Under the pieces are notes generated by a model. The model saw only the letters and a list, made by a program, of their open reading frames with translations, was not told the origin of the DNA and did not search any database. Made by a program: the position numbers and the translations under genes. Shown here piece after piece: positions 57,570-64,000 of a stretch of 64,000 bases of DNA. Source of the stretch: Mycobacteriales bacterium (GTDB lineage: Bacteria > Actinomycetota > Actinomycetes > BP-191); contig DASVPJ010000044.1 of NCBI GenBank assembly GCA_036382875.1, forward strand, positions 159,891 to 223,890, written 5' to 3'. How positions within the stretch are numbered: position 1 is the first letter of the stretch; each line of letters starts with the position of its first letter.

Positions 57570-58468
57570 CGGGTACCAGCGTAGACGGCGTTGCGCCGCC
57601 TCCGGTACGCCAACCCGGCCATCACCCCGCCGACGACCGCGCCGACCCCCGCCGCCGCGGGCACGCCGACCAGCACCGCCTTGCGCCCGGTGCGGAAGTC
57701 GCGGACGTCCCAGCCCCGCTGCCGGGCGATGTCGCGCAGCTCGCCGTCCGGGTTCACGGCGACGGCGTGGCCGACGACGGAGAGCATCGGGACGTCGTTC
57801 GCCGAGTCGCTGTACGCCGTGCAGCGGCTCAGGTCCAGCCCCTCCCGCTCGGCCAGCGCGCGCACCGCCTCCGCCTTCGCGGCCCCGTGCAACGGCTCCC
57901 CGACCAGCCGCCCGGTGTAGCGGCCGTCCTCCACCTCGGACACCGTGCCGAGCGCGCCGGTGAGGCCGAGCCGGCGGCTGACGATGCTGGCCAGCTCCAC
58001 CGGCGTGGCCGTGACGATCCAGACCCGCTGGCCGTTGTCGAGGTGCTGCTGCGCCAGCGCCCGCGTCCCGCTGTAGATGCGGTGCGCCATCAGCTCGTCG
58101 TAGATCTCCTCGCCGTAGGCGACGATCTCCGCGACCTCCCGCCCCTTCACGAACGCGAGCGCCGCCTCGCGCGCCTCCAGCATCGCGCCGTGCGACTCCG
58201 TGCCCTTCAGCCGGAACATGAGCTGGTCCCACGCGAAGCCCAGCAGGTCCCGGGACGTGAAGAGCTTCCGCGCCGCCAGGCCCTTGGCGAAGTGGAAGAT
58301 GCTGGCGCCGACCATGAGGGTGTTGTCGCAGTCGAAGAACGCGGCCGCGGTCGGGTCCGGTGGCACCTCCAGCGCCTGCTCGACCTCGGCGGCGGCTGCG
58401 CTCGCCGCGCCGCTCAGTACGTGCACGACCTCCTCGTCGCGCCTGCGCCTCCTGAACACGCCTTGCAC
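57566..58468 (-). CDS. HAD-IB family hydrolase (SerB/Rv0505c-like)
   Basis: 'AFFDCDNTL' (DxDxT) and the downstream '[10 protein letters not shown]'. GTG start. Confidence 0.8.
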   Translation of the reverse strand: MQGVFRRRRRDEEVVHVLSGAASAAAAEVEQALEVPPDPTAAAFFDCDNTLMVGASIFHFAKGLAARKLFTSRDLLGFAWDQLMFRLKGTESHGAMLEAREAALAFVKGREVAEIVAYGEEIYDELMAHRIYSGTRALAQQHLDNGQRVWIVTATPVELASIVSRRLGLTGALGTVSEVEDGRYTGRLVGEPLHGAAKAEAVRALAEREGLDLSRCTAYSDSANDVPMLSVVGHAVAVNPDGELRDIARQRGWDVRDFRTGRKAVLVGVPAAAGVGAVVGGVMAGLAYRRRRNAVYAGTR

Positions 58469-58663
58469 CCTAGTGGGGTGGTTACGGCGTACCGGCGCGC
58501 CTAGGGCGCCTGCGGCGCTTTAGTCGGCGCACCGGCACGCCGTACCCACCCCCCAAGCCCGCCCCTCCCACTGCGTCGTACGCCGCCGCGTCGAGCGGCG
58601 GCGGACGACGGCTCGCGCCGCGCGTCACCTTGCGCCCCCCGCTCCCGCCTTCCTCCTGACATG

Positions 58664-58695
58664 CCGAAGGCCCCCGCTTTCGCGGGGGCCTTCGG
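58664..58695 (-). terminator. Intrinsic terminator-like hairpin (ccgaaggcccccgc-tttc-gcgggggccttcgg)
   Basis: 14-bp perfect inverted repeat with a 4-nt loop, ~35 nt downstream of the LAXTG gene stop at 58730. Followed on the plus strand by (ggtgctt)x3. Confidence 0.65.
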
Positions 58696-58729
58696 TGGAG
58701 GTCGGTGCTGTGTGCTTGGTGCTTGGTGC

Positions 58730-60154
58730 TTACGCCTCGACGGTGCGGCGGCGGCGGGCGACCAGGGCGACGCCCACGAGGCCGGTGCCGAGGACCGCGA
58801 AGAGCGGGAGCTCAGCGCCCGTACGGGCCAGCGGGGTCTTGGTGTCCGGCGTCGTGACCTTCGGCGGGGTGACCGAGCGGGGCGCGATCGCGGCGTTCAC
58901 CGCGGTGCCGGCCGGGACCAGCGTGACCGCCACGAGCGGCTTCGCGGCCTTGAGCGGGTTGACGACGATGCCCACGCCGGTCGAGGAGCTGTTCGCGAAC
59001 TTGCCGGCCGGGTCGACCGTGGTGCTGGTCTGGCCGTTGACGATCTGGACACCGGCGGTGGCGAGGACGCCGTTCACCGACTCGATCACCGTCTGGACCG
59101 CGTCCTGCGCCTCGGCCGGGAGGGCGTTGCCGAGGACCGTGCCCTCGATGCCCTTCGACGTGAGCTTCAGGTCGAGGACGTCCGCGACCTTGAGGCCGAG
59201 GATCGTGGTGAGCGTGTCGGCCGCGGCCGCGCCCTTGCTGCCGTTCGCCGAGGAGAACGACTCGGTCTTGACCGCGTCGAGGTGCACGAGGCCGCCGAGG
59301 ATGTCCAGGCCACCGACGCCCGAGGTCGCCTTGGCGGTGACCATGGAGCCGGCGCGGGTGATCGTCTCGGTCGACTCGAGGAGCGACAGGCGGACGAGGT
59401 CCGTGTCGGCCGAGAGGTTCGCGAGGGTGCTCTGCAGCGAGTCGAGCAGCGTGGTGAGCTGCGCCTTGACGGCCTCGACCTGCTGGACGACCGGGGCGGT
59501 CGCGCCCTGCGTGGCCTCGTCGAGGACCGACAGCGCGTTCTCGACCGCGGCGCCGACCGTGCTCTGCGCGCCGTCGACCGTGTCGTTGAGCTGCGAGACG
59601 ACCTGGTTGAGGTCGGTCTTCAGCGGGAGCTCCGGCAGGCCGGCGAGGCCGATGCGGAGGCTGGCCAGCGACGAGGACGAGGTGCTCGTCAGCGCCGAGG
59701 TGGCCGAGTCGGGGGAGACGGACGAGGTGATCTCGCCGACGCCGATCTTCAGCAGGCCCAGGTCCTGGGCGAGGATCGCGTCGTTCGCCGACGACTTGCC
59801 GTCGAGGCTCGAGATGACGCTCTTGCCGAGGACGTCCGAGAGGACGACGACGTTGCCGTTGCCGAGGACGGCCTTGGCGACCGAGGACGGCTTCGCGACC
59901 AGGTCCTTGGCGGTGCTGCCGTCGGTGAACGAGATGTCCTGCGACAGCGACGTGATGTCGCCGACGCCGGGGATCGCGACCGGGACCGGGAGGTTGATCT
60001 CCAGGTGGATCGCGGTGCCCGTCGCCTTGCCGCCGAAGACGTCCGGCACCGGCACGGTGTTGGCGCCGGCCGGCGTGATCGCCGAGACGACGAGGGTGCC
60101 GGTGGCAAGGGCGAGAGCGGTGAGCCGCGCCCCCCGGCTGTTGAACTTGGCCAT
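58730..60154 (-). CDS. LAXTG-motif (sortase E-type) cell-wall anchored surface protein, Ser/Thr/Ala/Val-rich
   Basis: Signal peptide; C-terminal 'LARTG' + 'AELPLFAVLGTGLVGVALVA' + 'RRRR'. Preceded by an AT-richer promoter region at 60160-60400. Confidence 0.8.
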   Translation of the reverse strand: MAKFNSRGARLTALALATGTLVVSAITPAGANTVPVPDVFGGKATGTAIHLEINLPVPVAIPGVGDITSLSQDISFTDGSTAKDLVAKPSSVAKAVLGNGNVVVLSDVLGKSVISSLDGKSSANDAILAQDLGLLKIGVGEITSSVSPDSATSALTSTSSSSLASLRIGLAGLPELPLKTDLNQVVSQLNDTVDGAQSTVGAAVENALSVLDEATQGATAPVVQQVEAVKAQLTTLLDSLQSTLANLSADTDLVRLSLLESTETITRAGSMVTAKATSGVGGLDILGGLVHLDAVKTESFSSANGSKGAAAADTLTTILGLKVADVLDLKLTSKGIEGTVLGNALPAEAQDAVQTVIESVNGVLATAGVQIVNGQTSTTVDPAGKFANSSSTGVGIVVNPLKAAKPLVAVTLVPAGTAVNAAIAPRSVTPPKVTTPDTKTPLARTGAELPLFAVLGTGLVGVALVARRRRTVEA

Positions 60155-60401
60155 TCTCCCGACCTCCGAGTTTTGCCGGCCATCCCTGGACCGGCGATGT
60201 CTGTCTGTATGTCAGTACGGGTGGTGTACGACGTAGCCCACAACGACTAGTAGATCGACGGGGTTACGGGCTTCCTTGAAGAAAATTCCCGGGCAAGAGC
60301 GGGCACAGCGGACGAACCGGACACTCCGGACGGGTGAGCGTAGCGTGTCGTGTGACCTACGTCCTGTATCGGACGTTGCGCCGAACGGTTGAGTCGCGGC
60401 G

Positions 60402-61622
60402 CTACGGCAGCGTGACGCCCGGCACCAGCGGGGCGTCCACGCCGGGCAGCGGCGGCAGCGTCGGCAGCGGCGTCGGGAGCTGCTCGTTGACCTCGTCCAC
60501 CACGGTCTGGAGCGGGGACGCGACGGGCGGCGGGATCTGCGACGGCAGCGGGTAGTGCGACTGCGTCGGCGACGGGGTCGGCGACGGCTGCGTCGGCTGC
60601 GGCGACGGGGTGGGCGACTGCGTCGGCTCGGGCGACGGCGCCTGGGTCGGCTCCGGGGACGGCGCCGGCTCGGGGGAGCCGGTCGGGTCCTCGGGGCAGG
60701 TGCACGGGAGCGGGCCGAGCGAGTCGTACGACGGGGACGGCTTCGGCGTCGGCGCCGTGGTCTCGCCCGGCGACGGCGCGACCGGCGCGGGGGCCGGGCA
60801 GTCGCTGCCGCAGGTGCCGACCGACAGGAGCTGCGAGGCGCGCAGGTCGAGGCTCGCGACGAGCGCCAGCGACTCCTCGGCCTTCGCGTGCGCGGACGTC
60901 GGCAGCTTGTCGAGCACCTGCCCGAGGCGGCCGCGCTGGCGCTGGGTGAAGTCGCGGACGGCGTGCAGCACGTCGTCGTCCTGCTCGTTCGCGTACGCCT
61001 CGAACAGCAGGCGGGTGCCGTCGCGGGTGTCCTCGTCCATCAGCCGCAACGCCTCGCCGACGCGCTCGGAGCGCGAGCCGCCGAACGCGACCGTGATCTG
61101 GCCGGCCTCGGCCGGCGCGGCGAGCGCCAGGTCGGTGTCGACGAGCTGCGCGATCTCGCCCAGCCGGGTCTCGGCGTGCTGGAGGTGGCGCTTGCCGCGG
61201 TTGACGTCGTTGCGGGCCAGCGCGAGCTGGGCGCCCTCGGCGCTGCGCTTGATGCCGTACAGCGCGTCGCCCGGGAGCGAGCGGCTGGCGCCGACGCCGA
61301 CCGCGGAGATGCCGACGACCGCGGCCATCGACGCGGCGGCCGCGGCCATCGCGCGCTGCACGCGCCAGCCCTCGACCCAGGTCTTCGCCCGGTCGACGGG
61401 GCTCGGCGCCGGGACGGCGACGGGCGGCACGGTGGCGACGGCCATCAGGCGGCGGCGCAGCGTGTCGCGGAAGTCCGCGGACGCGGCGACGGGCACGGTC
61501 TGCAGGCCCTCGGCGAGGCTCAGGAGGGGGGCGAGCGCCGGGTCACGGCGCGCGGAGGCGACACCGCGGCCCTCGAGGGCGGCGGCGAACTCCTCTGCGA
61601 GCTTCGCCGTACGGCGCATCAC
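60402..61622 (-). CDS. Anti-sigma factor (RsdA-like) with Pro/Ser/Thr-rich C-terminal region
   Basis: Downstream of and co-oriented with the ECF sigma gene; central TM 'MAAAAASMAAVVGISAVGV'. C-terminal 'PSPEPTQ' repeats. Confidence 0.6.
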   Translation of the reverse strand: MMRRTAKLAEEFAAALEGRGVASARRDPALAPLLSLAEGLQTVPVAASADFRDTLRRRLMAVATVPPVAVPAPSPVDRAKTWVEGWRVQRAMAAAAASMAAVVGISAVGVGASRSLPGDALYGIKRSAEGAQLALARNDVNRGKRHLQHAETRLGEIAQLVDTDLALAAPAEAGQITVAFGGSRSERVGEALRLMDEDTRDGTRLLFEAYANEQDDDVLHAVRDFTQRQRGRLGQVLDKLPTSAHAKAEESLALVASLDLRASQLLSVGTCGSDCPAPAPVAPSPGETTAPTPKPSPSYDSLGPLPCTCPEDPTGSPEPAPSPEPTQAPSPEPTQSPTPSPQPTQPSPTPSPTQSHYPLPSQIPPPVASPLQTVVDEVNEQLPTPLPTLPPLPGVDAPLVPGVTLP

Positions 61623-61710
61623 CGGAGTGCCTCCTTCGGCATCGTCAACGAGGCCGGCGACAGAGGGTTACGGGCCGGTTGGCCCGATTCCTGCGGGTAT
61701 ATACGGAGAG

Positions 61711-62511
61711 TCACAGGACGAGCTCCTTGGGCAACATCCGGCCCAGGGTGCGCACGGCGCGGTACTGCAGCGCCTTGATCGCGCCCTCGCTCTTGCCCAT
61801 CGCCTGCGCGGTCTCAAGGACGGACATGCCCTGGAGGAACCGCAGCACGACGCACTCCTGCTGCTCGCCGTTGAGGCGCTTCACCGCGTCGAGGAGGGCG
61901 ACGTTCGTGATGCCCTCGAGGACCTCGTTCTCGGGGCCGTCCGTCGCGCGGTCCGCGTCGAGCATGTCCGCCGTCGACACCTCGAGACGGAACCGGCCGC
62001 TCTTGTAGTGGTCCGCGACGATGTTGCGGGCGATCGTGACGAGCCACGCGGCGAAGTCGCGGCCCTGCCACTCGAACGACCCGATGCGCCGCAGCGCGCG
62101 CAGGAACGTCTCGCTGACCAGGTCCTCGGCGAGCGCCTTGGTGCCCACGCGGTAGTAGACGTAGCGGTAGACGAGGTCGAGGTAGCGGTCGTACAGCAGC
62201 CCGAACGCCTCCGCGTCGCCACGCTGCGCGCGCGCGACGAGCTCGACGACCGCCGGCTCGATCTCGGCGGCCTCCACGTCAGCCTCGGGGGCCGCCGCGG
62301 GCGCGGCGGCGTCAAGCTCGCTGCCCGGAGCGGACGCCGCTCCGGCCAGCTCGGGACGCAGCGGGATGACGTTGCCGAGGCCGCCGAGCGAGGGGGCGGC
62401 GAACGCGCCGTCGCCGAACGCCTGCGGCTCGGTGTGGTAGCGGACGAGCTCCTCGCGCAGCAGGTCCAGGCCCCGCCGCGGCGGGCCGCCGGGACGCCCG
62501 GGGCGGGTCAC
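61711..62511 (-). CDS. ECF sigma factor (SigD-like) with N-terminal extension
   Basis: Sigma-2 'EDLVSETFLRALRR' and sigma-4 'LNGEQQECVVLRFLQGMSVLETAQAMGKSEGAIKALQYRAVRTL'. Confidence 0.85.
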   Translation of the reverse strand: MTRPGRPGGPPRRGLDLLREELVRYHTEPQAFGDGAFAAPSLGGLGNVIPLRPELAGAASAPGSELDAAAPAAAPEADVEAAEIEPAVVELVARAQRGDAEAFGLLYDRYLDLVYRYVYYRVGTKALAEDLVSETFLRALRRIGSFEWQGRDFAAWLVTIARNIVADHYKSGRFRLEVSTADMLDADRATDGPENEVLEGITNVALLDAVKRLNGEQQECVVLRFLQGMSVLETAQAMGKSEGAIKALQYRAVRTLGRMLPKELVL

Positions 62512-62597
62512 CGGACCACCTGCGACACGGTCACGGCGCCGGCGACGAGGATCGCGAGCAGCAGCAGCAGCACGCCGATGGCGGTCTGCGTACGCAT
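62508..62597 (-). CDS. 29-aa hydrophobic upstream ORF translationally coupled (GTGA) to the SigD-like sigma gene
   Basis: Encodes 'MRTQTAIGVLLLLLAILVAGAVTVSQVVR'. ATG preceded by an 'agggag' RBS; GC3 in 28 of 29 codons. Stop overlaps the sigma GTG start. Confidence 0.45.
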   Translation of the reverse strand: MRTQTAIGVLLLLLAILVAGAVTVSQVVR

Positions 62598-62738
62598 CGC
62601 TGCTCCCTGCGCCGACGAGGGGTCTGAGCAGCCCATCGTGGGGCCACTTGTCACGTTCCGTCCAGAATCGGACAACTCAGAGTGTCGGGTGAGCCGTCCG
62701 GGTACTTGAACGCGCCACGCCGTGAGCGGTGACGGCGG

Positions 62739-63119
62739 CTACGAGTCTCCGGCCAGCTCGAGCGTGAGCCGCGAGATCTGGCGTTCCAGCTCGGGCAGAC
62801 CGTCGATCTTCCCGAGGCACAGCGTCACCCCGACCTCGCGGGCCGCGGCCTCGATCGTCGGGTCGAGGTAGGCGGTGTAGAGGATCACCGGCTGGCTGGG
62901 GCGTTCCTCCTTGATCCGCCGCGTCGTCTCCAGGCCGTCGATGCCGGGCATCTTGAGGTCCATCACGACGACGTCCGGGTCGCTCTCGGCGATCGTGCGC
63001 ACGGCGTCCTCGCCGCTCGCGGCCCGCCCGACGACCTCGAACCCGTCCAGCTCGAGCATCTCCGCGAGCATCGTGCGCACGTGGTCGGTGTCGTCCACGA
63101 CCATGACCTTGACGGCCAT
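62739..63119 (-). CDS. Single-domain response regulator (CheY-like receiver)
   Basis: '[18 protein letters not shown]...[21 protein letters not shown]' with the conserved Asp and Lys. Confidence 0.85.
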   Translation of the reverse strand: MAVKVMVVDDTDHVRTMLAEMLELDGFEVVGRAASGEDAVRTIAESDPDVVVMDLKMPGIDGLETTRRIKEERPSQPVILYTAYLDPTIEAAAREVGVTLCLGKIDGLPELERQISRLTLELAGDS

Positions 63120-63162
63120 CCCTGTCACACCTCCGTCGTACGCTGCTCGGCGATGGCGCAGA

Positions 63163-64000
63163 CGACTCTTCCCGGTCGGGGCGGCGGTGGCAACCCCGCC
63201 CCGCCCGCCGCCGTGCGCGTGCGGCGGCGCCGGCGGTTCCCGTACGTGCGGTGGACGCTGCTCGCGGCGTTCGTCGCGGTGGTGTCGTTCGTCGCCGGGA
63301 TGCTCGTCGCGCCGATCGACCTGACCGTGCCCGCCCGGCTGCCGACGGCGTTGCTGCTCGACTCCTCCGAGCGGTTCTACGCCTCGATCCGGGCGCCTGA
63401 GATCCGCGAGGACGTCGCCTCCGCGGAGATCCCCGAGGTGCTGCGCAACGCCGTCATCGCCGCCGAGGACGAGCGGTTCTTCTCGCACAAGGGCGTCGAC
63501 CCGGTCGCGATCGGCCGCGCGGCGTACCGCGACGTGTTCGACAACGGCCGCACGCAGGGCGGCTCGACGATCACCCAGCAGTGGGTGAAGAACATCTACG
63601 TCGGCCGCGAGAAGACCGCGCTGCGCAAGATGCGCGAGGCGGTCGTCGCGTACCGCGCGGAGAAGGAGTTCGGCAAGGCCGAGATCCTGCACCGCTACCT
63701 GAACAGCGTGTACCTCGGCAACGGCACGTACGGCGTGCAGGCCGCCGCGAAGTACTACTTCGGGGTGCCGGTGAAGGACCTGGCGCTGGACAAGTCGACC
63801 GGGCGGCGTTCGCCGGTGCTGGAGCTCGCCCGCGCGGCGATGCTCGCCGGGATGATCAACGCGCCGTCGCTGAACAACCCGGTGAAGTCGCTGCCCAACG
63901 CCAAGGCGCGCCAGCTCTACGCGCTCGACCGGATGAGCGACAACCGGTTCATCTCGGTGATCGACGCGTCGCGGGCGTACCGCCAGCCGTTGGTGCTCGC
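63163..64000 (+). CDS. Class A penicillin-binding protein / peptidoglycan transglycosylase (GT51), N-terminal part (3' end outside window)
   Basis: '[18 protein letters not shown]', '[12 protein letters not shown]' and '[34 protein letters not shown]' GT51 motifs. Confidence 0.85.

Noticed and set aside
1-64000. Scan for CRISPR arrays, rRNA/tRNA genes, transposases and integrases
   Set aside because: No regularly spaced direct repeats and no recognisable transposase, integrase or recombinase ORFs. No obvious tRNA-like low-GC cloverleaf regions were seen by eye; tRNAscan would be needed to be certain.

Overview
High-GC (~73-75%) Actinomycetota chromosomal window. Genes are densely packed on both strands, and adjacent genes often overlap by 4 nt (GTGA/ATGA), indicating translational coupling. 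Gene content and order parallel the Mycobacterium tuberculosis Rv0486-Rv0505c core region: mshA, a YbjN-like gene, gpmA, proC, an Rv0500A-like HTH gene, tiny ribosomal protein bS22, a GalE-like epimerase, a lysophospholipid acyltransferase, then a SerB-like HAD hydrolase in the opposite orientation. Accessory genes are inserted between these anchors. Other readable content: cytochrome bd oxidase cydAB, an MMPL transporter with a TetR regulator, three ECF sigma/anti-sigma modules, a PadR-ABC-FtsX-M15 peptidase operon, two sortase-substrate (LPXTG/LAXTG) surface proteins, several secreted peptidases, and redox enzymes (glutathione peroxidase, OsmC, a mycothiol-dependent enzyme family member). 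No rRNA, tRNA, CRISPR array or transposase was recognised by eye. Candidates for undescribed biology, in rough order of interest: (1) a strongly coding 67-aa Cys-rich peptide gene with a double-glycine-type leader, orphaned between ybjN and osmC; (2) a four-gene translationally coupled operon (3-HIBDH-like dehydrogenase, FGGY-like kinase, class V aminotransferase, SAM methyltransferase) behind an LPXTG protein and a B12/GAF/HTH regulator; (3) an ECF sigma factor fused in-frame to a TM helix and Pro-rich tail, with a tiny secreted Cys peptide downstream; (4) tandem paralogous CxC-motif membrane proteins, one frameshifted; (5) a 29-aa hydrophobic uORF coupled to a SigD-like sigma gene; (6) a REP-like palindromic element present twice. 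Derived start coordinates may be off by a few bases. Many long ORFs in the six-frame track are GC-driven artefacts on the opposite strand or in alternative frames of real genes.
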